Shown here: piece by piece, positions 33,849-45,593 of the stretch | Layout: every line of letters begins with the position of its first letter | Numbering within the stretch: position 1 is the first letter of the stretch | From: an uncultured beta proteobacterium | Lineage (GTDB): Bacteria > Pseudomonadota > Gammaproteobacteria > Burkholderiales > Nitrosomonadaceae | Assembly: GCA_963831395.1 (NCBI GenBank) | Contig: CAWHQD010000031.1 | Location: forward strand, 23,483 to 87,482 | Direction: 5' to 3' | Length of the DNA: 64,000 nt | The notes under the pieces: generated by a model | Database searches by the model: none | Seen by the model: the letters and a program-made list of their open reading frames with translations, nothing else | Told to the model about the DNA's origin: nothing | Translations under genes and position numbers: made by a program

Positions 33849-35093
33849 TCAGGCTGCCTTGGCAGAATTTTTACTTTCCACCGGCAGCGGATTGGTAGCA
33901 TAGACGTAATGCGCTGCGGATTCCGCCGCTCCGTATTCGACTTTTGCGCCCATATCGGAAAAGACCGTTTCCAGCGCGCCAAGACATAGCATTACATTTT
34001 CTATTCTGCTTGAATAACCCATCAAGCCAAAACGCCAGATTTTGCCCGCGAAGTCGCCCAAGCCTGCGCCGATTTCGAGATCGTAGTCTGCAAGCAATCT
34101 ACGGCGCACTTCCTTCTCATCGATGCCTTCCGGCACATACACGGAATTGAGTTGCGGCAGGCGCGATTTTTCTTCCACCAGATACTCCATGCCCAGCGTT
34201 TCCAGCCCTGCTTTCAGCGCCTTGTGGTTGCGCTGGTGGCGCGCCCAGGAATGCTCCAGTCCCTCCTCGTACAACATTACCAATGATTCATGCAATGCAT
34301 AAAGCGCATTGGTGGGAGCGGTGTGGTGATAAGTACGGGTGGTTCCCCAATACCCAAGCAGCAGGTTCAAATCCATGAACCAGCTCTGTACCTTTGTTTT
34401 GCGATTCTTGACCAGATCCACCACGCGCTCGGAAAAACTGATGGGCGACAGGCCGGGTGGACAAGACAGGCATTTCTGGCTCCCGGAATAAATCGCGTCG
34501 ATCTTCCATTCATCAACCTTGAGAGGAGAACCGCCCAGTGAAGTGACCGTATCCACAATGGTGAGGCAATTGTGGCGATGAGCAATCTCGCAAAGTGTTT
34601 TGGCATCCGATAACGCGCCGGTGGAAGTTTCAGCATGGACGAAAGCGACGATCTTCGCGTCGGGGTTCTGCTTCAATGCGTCTTCCAGTTTTTGCGGATT
34701 AACCGGCGCTCCCCACTTGTCTTCCACGACTACTGCCGTGCCACCGCAGCGCTGCACATTCTCGATCATGCGCCCGCCAAATACGCCGTTGCGGCAGACA
34801 ATCACCTTGTCTCCCGGGTTGACCATATTGACAAAGCACATTTCCATCCCGACCGAGCCGGGGCCCGAAACAGGAAAAGTCAGCAGATTGGACGTTTGAA
34901 AGGCGTAACGCAGCAGGCTTTTCAGTTCCTCCATCATATCGGTGAACACCGGATCAAGATGGCCCAGCGTTGGGCGGGCCATGGCGGACAATACCCGCGG
35001 ATGCGTGTCGGAAGGGCCGGGTCCCATCAAAGTGCGTTGCGGCGGATAAAACGTGCTGATCTTTTTGGCGGGATAGAAATTTTTAGTGGTCAT
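33849..35093 (-). CDS. Alanine-glyoxylate / serine-pyruvate aminotransferase (class V PLP)
   Basis: [47 protein letters not shown]. Confidence 0.92.
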   Translation of the reverse strand: MTTKNFYPAKKISTFYPPQRTLMGPGPSDTHPRVLSAMARPTLGHLDPVFTDMMEELKSLLRYAFQTSNLLTFPVSGPGSVGMEMCFVNMVNPGDKVIVCRNGVFGGRMIENVQRCGGTAVVVEDKWGAPVNPQKLEDALKQNPDAKIVAFVHAETSTGALSDAKTLCEIAHRHNCLTIVDTVTSLGGSPLKVDEWKIDAIYSGSQKCLSCPPGLSPISFSERVVDLVKNRKTKVQSWFMDLNLLLGYWGTTRTYHHTAPTNALYALHESLVMLYEEGLEHSWARHQRNHKALKAGLETLGMEYLVEEKSRLPQLNSVYVPEGIDEKEVRRRLLADYDLEIGAGLGDFAGKIWRFGLMGYSSRIENVMLCLGALETVFSDMGAKVEYGAAESAAHYVYATNPLPVESKNSAKAA

Positions 35094-36234
35094 GGGTGAT
35101 CATCCTGAGTGTAGTGATGGGCTGAATTAGCTGGAAGGACAGCCGATTTTATCAAGGGAGCGGAGAATTTGCTATCCAGACGCCAGAACGAGCCTGTTTT
35201 TCTTCCTAGGACATTTATAGATAATCAATTTCTGATGTATTCGTACAGCTACCGCAGATATTTATGTCAATTGCTAATTCTTTTTACAGAAAGAGACTGC
35301 ACTCGCCCGCGATACTTCCGAGAGAGAAACAAGCAAATGCGGAATACGGTAGGACGTAATCCCAACGCTCTGCAACTGTTCGCTTGTCATTATTTGTCCG
35401 TAAATGGCTCCAAGATATTTTGTCTGCATAGTAATGGTCAAACGTCCGAGTACCATGATTTAGCTGAATATGACATCTTGTGAAATTGTTTTGCTCGTTC
35501 AAATAATCGATTAAGTCCTTAAACTGCTGTAAATCGGGGGTTGTAGGTAGCCACCGCTTTGGTTCGGTAAGATGACCTTGTCGAGACGTTGATCATTACT
35601 GAAGGGGAAAGCGATGGCCCCACTACTGAGGAAAACAACATTGTTGCCCTCACTGGCTGAAAACCGTTTGTCATGACCGCGCTAAAGGAAATTTACAGCA
35701 AAATTTGGACTTGATTAGTCCGCGCCTGCAACAGCAGAAAATCTACATAAGGCAGCCGTCAGCGCGATTTTTTCTTTTTCCACAGCGATCTCCAAACTTT
35801 TTTTCGATTCACGGGTAACTTATAATGTCTAGTTCACCCACGATTCAATTTCAAGTCGAGTTTTCCCATTTACGAATGGAGTACCCCGATTGCCGAGCGG
35901 GTATTCCATACCTGTCTCGCAATGCTTCCTTAGTTGTTTGTTTTCCTTAAAACGGTCGTTTTATGGAGATGTGTAACCAAAAACAGGAGGAAAAGTGTCA
36001 AGCAGATTTGCCAGGAGGGTGGCTACAAAAATGGGGGTGGGAGGAAGTTGATAAAATATGTTATCAACTGTAAAAGGTTTGAGAACTTTTTTATCTTTGC
36101 CCATGCCAAGAGCATGGGATTGAGCTTTTCACATAAAACTCACAAAGCCAATGCAATAATCTTTTCGTGGCGTCAGGATACGCCAAGAACCAAGACACTT
36201 TTTATCCTGCTATACCAATCATGATGAAATCACT

Positions 36235-36290
36235 AAACAACCGCCAGCTAAAGCTGGTGGGCTAGAGACAATGACTAAAGTCAAGGCGCG
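36235..36290. mobile_element. IS200/IS605-family end-like remnant (no transposase)
   Basis: CCGCCAGCTAAAGCTGGTGG hairpin followed by TGACTAAAGTCA hairpin, resembling IS200/IS605 subterminal palindromes. Confidence 0.55.
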
Positions 36291-36355
36291 GTATTCAGAT
36301 CGATCCACGACAAATCCACACCGCTGTTTAACCTGTTTTAACCAACATAAACGGC

Positions 36356-37447
36356 ATGAAAATGGTCACTAAATTATCCGTCGTTCTAGGCTTAATCGCC
36401 ACTCTGGTATTGAGTGGATGCCAAAAAACCGAGACACATGAAGAAATGCGGAAATATGCGGCAACCACACCGTTCCGTGAAGACACCTCCATCCTGGAAC
36501 CTTATGTCTGTCAGATTCGTGCCATCAGACATATTGAAGTCCGCTCTTTGGAAAAGGGCTACTTAACCCATATTTTTATAGACGAAGGGCAATGGGTAAA
36601 AAAGGGACAGCCCATGTTCAAAATCATGCCCAACGTCTATCAGGCAGAACTTCTAACTGCGGAAGCCGAAGCGCAAAATATGAACATCGAATACCTCAAT
36701 ACCAAGGCCCTGGCTGATAAGAATATCGTATCAGCCAATGAATTGGCTTTGGCAAAAGCAAAATTAGACAAGGCCAACGCGGCGGTGAAGCTGGCGAAAA
36801 CCCACCTGGATTTTACCGATATCAGAGCACCTTTTGATGGGATTACGGATCATTTGGCTGTTAGGGTCGGCAGCCTTCTGGATGAAGATGATTTGTTGAC
36901 GGAATTGTCTGATATCGGCCAGTTGTGGGTCTATTTCAACGTCCCGGAAGCTAAATATCTGGATTTTATAAGGCGCGAAAAAGGCAAAACCCATGAAACA
37001 GTGCAGTTAAGGATGGCAAATGGCGAGATTTACGAACATACGGGGGTCATCGAGACGATTGTAGGTGATTTTTATAATACCTCCGGCAATATTCAGTTTC
37101 GTGCCTTGTTCGAGAACCCGGACAGAGTTCTCAGGCATGGTCAGACAGGAACAATCCTGATGACCGTACCTTACCCGAACGCCATGCTCATCCCTCAAAA
37201 AGCGACGTTCGAAATCATGGATAAAATCTATCTCTACGTCGTCAACAAAGAAGAAAAAGTGGAGCAAAGGCTTATCCATATAGAGGCCGAATTGCCCCAC
37301 ATGTTTATTGTTAAAACTGGCCTGAATGACGGCGACAGGATTTTGATCGAGGGCATGCGCAAAGTTAGTCCTGGAGAGAAGGTGATGATCGATTTAAAGC
37401 CACCCCAAGAGGTTCGCTCCGAGTTGATGAAGTTGTATACCGAGTAA
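36356..37447 (+). CDS. RND efflux periplasmic adaptor (MFP) lipoprotein
   Basis: Lipobox LSGC, lipoyl halves EGQWVKKGQ and IRAPFDG, IPQKA, GLNDGD. Confidence 0.92.
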   Translation: MKMVTKLSVVLGLIATLVLSGCQKTETHEEMRKYAATTPFREDTSILEPYVCQIRAIRHIEVRSLEKGYLTHIFIDEGQWVKKGQPMFKIMPNVYQAELLTAEAEAQNMNIEYLNTKALADKNIVSANELALAKAKLDKANAAVKLAKTHLDFTDIRAPFDGITDHLAVRVGSLLDEDDLLTELSDIGQLWVYFNVPEAKYLDFIRREKGKTHETVQLRMANGEIYEHTGVIETIVGDFYNTSGNIQFRALFENPDRVLRHGQTGTILMTVPYPNAMLIPQKATFEIMDKIYLYVVNKEEKVEQRLIHIEAELPHMFIVKTGLNDGDRILIEGMRKVSPGEKVMIDLKPPQEVRSELMKLYTE

Positions 37448-37468
37448 CCTTTTAGTCAGGATTAAGCC

Positions 37469-40400
37469 ATGTTTGGTATTTTTCTCAAAAGACCTGTGCT
37501 GGCGATCGTGTTATCGCTGTTGTTCATATTTATGGGCTTGTTAGCAATGAAATCATTGCCCGTTTCCCAGTTTCCGGACATTGCACCGCCCCGGGTCACG
37601 GTTGCAGTATCGTTTCCCGGTGCCAGCGCCGAGGTACTGGTGAAATCGTCCCTGATCCTCCTGGAACGCGCTATCAATGGCGTGCCTGGTATGAGATACA
37701 TCACTTCGGATGCAACCAGCGCCGGCGAAGCGACCATTCAAGTGTATTTCAATTTAGGCGTCGATCCTAATATCGCGATGGTTAACGTGAAGACGCGCGT
37801 GGATCAGATGATGAGCAGGCTACCCATACTGGTGCAGTTGGAAGGCGTGATTGTCAACTTCGTCCAGCCCAGCATGCTCATGTATGTCAACCTCTTCAGC
37901 AAAGACAAGGACGCCGATCAGAAGCTTTTGTTTAATTATGCCTATGTCAATGTTATTCCGGAGATTCAACGCATTACTGGAATTGCCCAAGCAACCATAT
38001 TGGGTTCCCGCCAATATGCGATGCGGATTTGGATGAATCCGGAACGGATGAGAGCCTATAGCGTCTCGTCAGAAGAGGTGATGAAGGCACTGGCGACTCA
38101 AAGCATTATCGGACGACCTGGCCGGCTGGGTCAAAGCACAGGTATGCTCGCCCAGTCCAAAGAGTATGTGCTGGTTTATAAAGGACGCTTTAACAAGCCG
38201 GAAGAATATGAGGACATTATTCTCCGGGCTGCTCCAACAGGCGAGATTCTGCGCATTAAAGACGTTGCCAAGGTCACTCTGGACAGCGAGTTTTATAATA
38301 TTTTCTCTGATAAGGACGGATTCCCTTCCGCGTCCATCGTGCTGAAGCAGAACTACGGCAGTAATGCCCAAGTAGTCATAGAGAATGTGAAGAAAAAACT
38401 GGAAGAATTGAAGAAATCCTTCCCGGAGGGCATGGACTACGAAATCAATTACGATGTGTCGCGTTTCGTTGAGGCGTCCATCGAACAAGTGCTGCACACA
38501 TTGGTGGAAGCCTTCATTCTGGTCTCCTTGGTGGTCTTCATTTTCCTTGGCGACTGGCGTTCTACCCTGATTCCCGTCCTCGCGGTACCGGTTTCGCTGG
38601 TCGGAGCATTTGCCGTCATGGCTGCGTTCGGGCTTTCCATCAACCTCATCACCTTGTTTGCCCTAGTGCTGGCTATTGGTATTGTGGTCGATGATGCCAT
38701 TGTGGTAGTGGAGGCAGTGCATGCAAAAATGGCAGCCGAGCATTGCAGCCCTTATGAAGCCTCCCGCAAAGTGTTGCAGGAAATCGGTGGCGCCATTATA
38801 GCGATTACGCTGGTCATGGTATCAGTGTTCGTCCCTCTTGCGTTTATGCCAGGACCGGTCGGGGTATTTTATCGACAATTCGCTATCACCATGGCGTCGG
38901 CGATCACTATTTCAGCAATTGTGGCTTTATCGCTCACCCCGGTACTGTGTGCCATGATTCTTAAAAACACTCACGGCCAGCCGAAACGGAAAAACCCGAT
39001 AAGCCTTTTCATCAATGGCTTTAACTCTGTTTTCGAAAAGGTCACCGGCCGCTACATAAAGTTGCTGAATGTCACGGTCACCCGACGCATTGTCACGCTT
39101 TTGGTATTGGCCGGGTTTGGCTTCGGCATTTTCGCGGTCGATAAAGTCCTGCCTTCGGGCTTTATTCCCGGCGAAGATCAAGGCATGATTTATGCGATTA
39201 TCCAAACACCGCCCGGGTCAACCATCGAAGTGACCAACAAAGTGGCACGTCAACTGGAAATAATAGCCGCAGAAATCGAAGGCGTACAATCGATTTCTTC
39301 CTTAGCCGGCTACGAAGTACTCACCGAAGGCCGTGGATCAAATGCAGGGACTGTTGTTGTCAACCTGAAAGATTGGTCGCAACGTAAACATTCGGTAAAT
39401 CAAGTTATCCACGAGTTGGAGGAAAAATCCCATGACCTAGGTGCGGTCATCGAATTTTTTCAACCGCCGGCAGTGCCGGGATACGGTGCGGCATCGGGTT
39501 TGGCGTTTCGCTTGGTGGACAAGACGTTAGACACGGATTACTTCGAATTTGATGAACTTAATAAAAAGTTCATGAATGCGATGCGTGAACGTAAGGAATT
39601 GACCGGCTTGTTCACTTTTTATGCGGCCAATTATCCGCAATACGAACTGGTCATCGACAATAGGCTGGCCATGCAAAAAGGGGTTAGCATCGAAGACGCG
39701 ATGAATCACCTGGACATCATGATCGGCAGTACTTATGAACAGGGCTTTATTCGCTTCAATAACTTTTTTAAGGTCTACGCCCAGGCCGCGCCGGAATTCA
39801 GGCGAGCCCCTGAAGATGTGTTGAAATATTTTGTGAAAAATGATAAAGGCGAAATGGTGCCGTACTCTGCCTTCATGACTATGGTGAAAAAGCAGGGGCC
39901 CAACGAGCTGACGCGTTATAACCTCTATAACACTGCGTCGATCCGGGCCGAGCCCGCAGCCGGTTATACCACTGGCGCAGCTATCAAGGCAATCGAAGAG
40001 GTTGCGGAAGCCACTTTGCCGCGAGGTTTTGAAGTTGCCTGGGAAGGCTTGACATTCGACGAAGCCCTCCGGGGCAATGAAGCAGTGCTGATCTTCGCCG
40101 TCGTTATCCTGTTTGTCTATCTGGTGCTGGCCGCGCAATACGAAAGCTTTGCTTTACCCTTGGTCGTGTTATGTTCGCTACCCCCTGGTATTTTCGGTGC
40201 CTTTTTATTGTTAAAAGGATTAGGGCTTGCCAATGATGTCTATTCCCAACTGGGAATGGTGATGTTAATTGGCTTGCTTGGCAAAAACGCGGTATTGATT
40301 GTCGAGTTTGCAAGCCAGAGGCAAGTCGAGAGGCATGACGGTCAGAGAAGCGGCGATTGCGGGCGCAAAAGAGCGTTTTCGGCCGATTTTGATGACTTCA

Positions 40401-40646
40401 TTTGCCTTTATAGCCGGGTTGATACCCCTAGCGATGGCTACGGGAGCTGGAGCGGTCGGCAACAGGACGATTGGTACCTCAGCACTGGGTGGGATGCTTA
40501 CCGGTACCGTGTTTGGCGTCATCGTTATTCCAGGACTTTATTATATTTTTGCGAAAATGGCAGAGGGTAAAAAATTAATTCAAGGTGAAGACCTTGATCC
40601 TCTAGCCGAAATTTATCACTACGGCCCAGATGACAATGAAAAATAA
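37469..40646 (+). CDS. RND efflux permease, HAE1 family (frameshift ~40329)
   Basis: LPVSQFPDIAPP, AMRIW, GIVVDDAIVVVE, GKNAVLIVEF; RFRPILMTS continues in ORF 40299..40646. Confidence 0.92.
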
Positions 40647-42201
40647 AACATTTCAGCTTATGGTTTTAGTCGTGTTGGGGCTGATGTTGCAGGGTTGTAT
40701 TCCTAAAGTAGCAATCAAAAAAGCAGATACGAGTCTTCCTGCTGCTTTTGAACCGGACGTTTTGGAAACGACCAATACGGCAACTGTCATGCGGAAGGAT
40801 TTTTTCGATGACCCTGCCTTATTAGATTTGCTAGACATAGCTGTTGCTAATAATAAAGAAATTAATATCATGCTGCAGCGCATCACCACTGCACAAAATG
40901 AAATCCAAAGGCGTAGAGGCGAATATTTGCCATTTGTAGGTATTCGTGCTGGCGCAGGCGGAGACAAAGTCGGCGAGTTTACGCGCAAGGGCGCTCTTGA
41001 AGAGCATCTGCCATTAGCCGGCCATGCCTTTCCTACGTTTCTTGGCGATTTTCGATTTGAGCTATTTTCAACTTGGGAGGTAGATATATGGAAAAAATTG
41101 AGGAATGCGAGACAAGTGGCTGTGCTGGAGTACATGGCATCTAAAGAAGGTAAAAATTTTTTAGTGACCAACCTGGTCGCTGACGTTGCTCATTCGTACT
41201 ATGAATTGCTTGCCCTGGACAACCACCTTGAGAATTTAGAGCAAAATATCAGGATTCAGGAAAATGCGTTGGAGATGGTTAAACAACTTCTGCTGTATGC
41301 AAGAACAACTGCACTTGCGGTCAGACGTTATGAAGCAGAAGTGGCAAAAAACAAGAGCAACACATACAAAATTAAACAGGATATTACGGTTGTTGAAAAC
41401 CGGATCAACTTCCTGTTAGGGAGAACGCCGCAGCCTATCCAGCGTGCTTCCAGTGGTTTTATGGAGCAAAACCCCAAAGTACTCATGACAGGTATTCCGT
41501 CGCAATTGCTACAAAACAGGCCTGATATCAAGCAAGCGGAGCTTGAGCTGTCGGCAGCGGAATTAAACATAAAGGTGGCCAGGGCAAATTTCCTTCCCTC
41601 CTTTAGCATAAACGCCACGGTAGGGTTTGAAGCTTTCGCGGTTAAGTACCTGTTCAATTCCCCACAATCATTGGCGGCCGCTGTTGCCGGAGAGCTAGTA
41701 GCTCCACTGATCAATAGGTACGCTATCAGAGCCGAATATAAAAACGCCAGTGCCAGGCAAATTCAGGCAGCTTATGAGTATGAGCAAAGTATTATCAATG
41801 CTTATGTGGAAGTAGCGAATCAAATTTCAAACATCGATAAGCTCAAAAAAAACTATCAGCTCAAGACAAGCCAGGTGGAAGCGCTCGTCCAATCAATTGA
41901 TGTCGCTAACCAGCTATTTAAATCTGCTCGTACGGACTACCTGGATGTGCTACTGACACAAAGGGATACCCTGGAGGCCAAACAAGATCTAATTGAAACG
42001 CAACAAAAGAAATTTGACGCAATGGTGGATCTTTATAAATCACTTGGTGGCGGTTGGCAGTCTGAACCGATGACCGATGCGCAAAAATCTTATCTAAGTA
42101 CGTTAAGTGAAGAGGCTGGCGAAAAAATGGATGAAAATCTATCCAAATCGGAGGCGGCAAAGAAAATCGATGAGCTCAGCGTAAAACTGGCAGAGGATTG
42201 A
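40630..42201 (+). CDS. TolC/OprM-family outer membrane efflux lipoprotein
   Basis: Lipobox LQGC, WEVDIWKKL, RPDIKQAE, LYKSLGGGW. Confidence 0.92.
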   Translation: MTMKNKTFQLMVLVVLGLMLQGCIPKVAIKKADTSLPAAFEPDVLETTNTATVMRKDFFDDPALLDLLDIAVANNKEINIMLQRITTAQNEIQRRRGEYLPFVGIRAGAGGDKVGEFTRKGALEEHLPLAGHAFPTFLGDFRFELFSTWEVDIWKKLRNARQVAVLEYMASKEGKNFLVTNLVADVAHSYYELLALDNHLENLEQNIRIQENALEMVKQLLLYARTTALAVRRYEAEVAKNKSNTYKIKQDITVVENRINFLLGRTPQPIQRASSGFMEQNPKVLMTGIPSQLLQNRPDIKQAELELSAAELNIKVARANFLPSFSINATVGFEAFAVKYLFNSPQSLAAAVAGELVAPLINRYAIRAEYKNASARQIQAAYEYEQSIINAYVEVANQISNIDKLKKNYQLKTSQVEALVQSIDVANQLFKSARTDYLDVLLTQRDTLEAKQDLIETQQKKFDAMVDLYKSLGGGWQSEPMTDAQKSYLSTLSEEAGEKMDENLSKSEAAKKIDELSVKLAED

Positions 42202-42565
42202 AGGAAAAAGAGGAATGATTCGAATCGGCCTGGGGTCGTCCCAGAACCCGGAAAAAATAGTACCTTAAGCCTTTAGCATTACCACGCTTCTCGCAAGCGA
42301 TCCTTTCATAGAAGGCTTCGTGAAAAAACGAGCCGCACAAGCGCTCGCTTTCTCTGGCACATTCTCGAAAACAGCTCTCGTATCAAGCCGCCAAGACTAT
42401 CGAGTTTCGAGCACGGCCCAAGTGACGATTCCAACACGATTCCCTCTCCCTACCCTTACAACGTGATTTGCATACCCCTTACTTGCCGTCCCTAAATGCC
42501 GCCGCCGCCTCCGCTTCCGCATCCAGCTTCGTCTCCGCCGATCCGACAAACGCATTGCCCTTGAA

Positions 42566-43376
42566 TTGAGGCTGGTCGCGCCCCTGATGCTGGAGCACCT
42601 TGCGGGCAGGCCGGTATCACTCGTGCGCGCACCTGAGGGAATCACGGGAGAACTGTTTTTTCAGAAGCATCTTGAAAAAGCCAGGATGCCTGGTGTTATT
42701 CAGCTTGATCCGGCACTGCACCCTGACCATCCGCCGTACTTGGAAATCTCAACGTTAGAGGGAATCCTGTCAGCGGCGCAAATGAACGTGATCGAATTTC
42801 ACACCTGGAACGCCACCAAAAACGCTATTGGCAAACCGGACAGAATGACGTTCGACCTCGACCCTGGAGAAGGGCTTGAGTGGAGCCATATGCAGGAAGC
42901 CGCGCAACTCGTGCGCATCTTCCTAAATGAATTGGGGTTGAAGTCCTTTCTCAAGACCAGCGGAGGAAAGGGCTTGCATGTCGTCGTTCCACTCAAAAGG
43001 CTGCGTGACTGGGATACGGTAAAGAACTTCTCCCAGTCGATCGTCGTGCACCTGGCCAAGACGATACCGCAACGTTTTGTTGGAAGAGCGGACCAAGCAA
43101 CCGGAGGGGAAAAATCTTTATCGATTACCTGAGAAATGGCTTGGACGCTACTACGATATGCGCCTGGTCAGCCCGTTGTGGCTACCTGTGCCGTTGGCAT
43201 GGGAAGACCTGCCAAGTCTGACAAGTGCAGCTCGCTGGAATACTTCAAATATCCAAGAGCGGTTGGAAAAAGGAAATAGTCCTTGGTCAGACTATGAAGC
43301 ATCGAGGCAGTCGATAGTACAGGCCATAAAAACGTTGGGGCCAGGCCGCAAGGAAGGAGCCCTGGACGATGAGTAG
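42566..43376 (+). pseudogene. ligD: 5'-truncated LigD polymerase/primase domain remnant
   Basis: RPVSLVRAPEG..GELFFQKH, FDLDP, KTSGGKGLHV, KIFIDYLRNG (shifted frame). No start codon, ligase or PE domain; several indels including a multi-codon deletion. Confidence 0.8.
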
Positions 43377-43488
43377 GGTTAGGCGGACTCACTTATCGGT
43401 TTCAGTAATTCTTTGCTGTCGTTAAAAGAATTGGCCCGGCGATTTGACCTTTCATTATGTTGCCTTGTGCTTACGGTAAGACACGAAC

Positions 43489-44905
43489 TTACGAACGAAT
43501 ATACGCACCATGGAAGCCAAATGGCACGTGCTGAGGAACCCTGGCGCGGGCAATTTCCGACAAATCACGCGCGTCAAGTAACAACAAGTACGAGTTGTTT
43601 GCCTCAGCATCCAGGACGACCGTCAGCAATATGCCGTCGTCCTCGGATTGGGCGTCCGGCCGTGCCACATACACAGGCTCGCCAGGGTATTGACCGTGCT
43701 GCCGCCACTCCTTGACGTCGCCCGCCAAATCAAACTTGACGACAGTATCAAGAAAGGAGGATTCCCCCTCCTTTGCGATGCCGCTTGCGTAGATATATTG
43801 GTACGTTTTGCTGTTGTACTGCTCATAATTAATGCGCGGCAGTTCAGCTGAGTAGTCAGCCAGTTTGCGAGAGCTAACGGTCCCGGCGGACACGTCGATA
43901 GTGAATCGCCGTAATTCGTTTTTGGGGTAGGCCTCATGGTTAGGCCTGTTGAGTAATGAATTCAGGTAGAAGTGCTGCACTACGTCGGCATTTGGATACA
44001 CAATAATGTCGAGGTCGATTTTGCCCTCACGATCAACCGCATTAACGTGGTGAAAGCCGAACCAGGCTTCGTCAGTGTGGGCATATTTGACTTCGCCCGT
44101 ACGGCGATCAACAAGAGAAAAGCGCGTACCGCGCTGGGGTTCCCATGTGTAGTTCGCTATAAAAGGCTTACCGCGCAATCAACATGCTTAGCGGATTCAC
44201 GACCAGGGGAAATTCCATCAAAATCACATAATTCTGGCTGAGTCCAAAGCTGTGCATATACGATGGCCTGTCTGTGCTGTAGCTGCCGATCAGTTGGCGC
44301 TTTTTGCTGCCGTCAGACAACATGTAAATGTTGTATGTGGATTTAAAGCCAAAATTGAGCAGATAGTTAAACGCCTCGTGGCTGTCTTGATCGTAATGCG
44401 GGTGGGCGGTTGTCAATTGGCCCTTTAGCTTGTCGCTGTAGCTGACAATACCGATAGTCTTCAGCGTGTCTTTGTCGAATGCAACAGGCATGGGAGATTC
44501 GGTTTGAGCTACAAACTCGTCGGCAATCCGGCCGATTGACACATTAGCGTTGGCGCCAGATGCTGAACCTGTAAAGACCTGGGCAATGCGCTTAAACAAA
44601 GTGCGGCAGGGATCAGTGGCAAATTCTGCATATTTCATTTTTCCATCTTTAGCCGCTCGAAAAGCTGGAGTGTCGAGAAATTTGTTCGCATAGCCGACAT
44701 GACCATCGGCGATATCGAACTTATGCAACATCGCCAGGCCGTCGAACCAGTGGTTAAGTGTCTTGTCTTCCAGGTGGAAACGGGCAGGGCCATTACGCAC
44801 AAGCGTGCCGGATAGCCAATCGGGAATAATGCCCTCTACCTCTAGCGAAGGAACGGTGATTTCTTTCGTTTGATCCGCAAACCCTTTCTTATAGTCGTCG
44901 GTCAT
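43489..44905 (-). CDS. Carotenoid oxygenase / RPE65-family dioxygenase (frameshift ~44179)
   Basis: LVRNGP, HWFDG.AM, TAHPH, YMHSF, FHHVNA, ELPRIN, EPVYV, EDDG, GFHG (four Fe-His ligands). One extra base joins the two ORFs. Confidence 0.88.
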
Positions 44906-44980
44906 TTCGATATCTCCTTTCATTCCTGAATGTCGCTGACTTCCCGAAAGCTCGGAAGAAGCCGGATTGGCAGATAAGGG

Positions 44981-45258
44981 AGGAGGAAATTCATGGGATT
45001 TGCCCATGATAAATATGCTATGAATGATAGACGAATCCGTGCAAACTGCTCTCGCTTAGCTCGGTTTTCAGGAATTAGTGTGCGGCTTGTCGTGCCGAAT
45101 ATCCCCACGAGGCGGCCGTTTCGCTTTTTACCCCTGCCTTAACTCTATATAATCTGTTCACTTTTCCGTATCCCGAGGTCATCCGGCGCCACCCATGAGC
45201 TTTGTCAACAAGCCGATGCCGAAAAAATCAAGCTCCAATCCCCTGCCGCCTCGGCTCG
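44981..45258 (+). repeat. Diverged direct-repeat copy of the ftsK upstream region and first ~21 codons (partner 47780..48060)
   Basis: Alignable by eye over ~280 bp; ATG 45195 reads [21 protein letters not shown] versus fts[22 protein letters not shown]. Confidence 0.9.
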
Positions 45259-45593
45259 AAAGATCCTCCACACTCCACAAGCTCATCACCTGACTCTCCG
45301 AGCCAGCTATCACCAGCGCACGGCGCGGCCCAAATACCCCTTCCCCATTGTGCACTTCGCCCATGGCGGTCGTCTTGATGCTCATGTGGTAGTTAAGCAG
45401 TTTTCGCGTTATAAAGGAACCTGTAGGGGCAGCAGCAAACTTTGCACGCTTTACTTTATCTATCAGCCTCAATGAATCGGTCTTCAAGTTTCGCTACTTT
45501 CGAATTGTATCGAGAGCTTATCGAGGGGCAGTTGAGCCTGCATTATTTTTACAATCGGTTAATACCTCATGAAAAAACCGCATTTTGAAGGAT

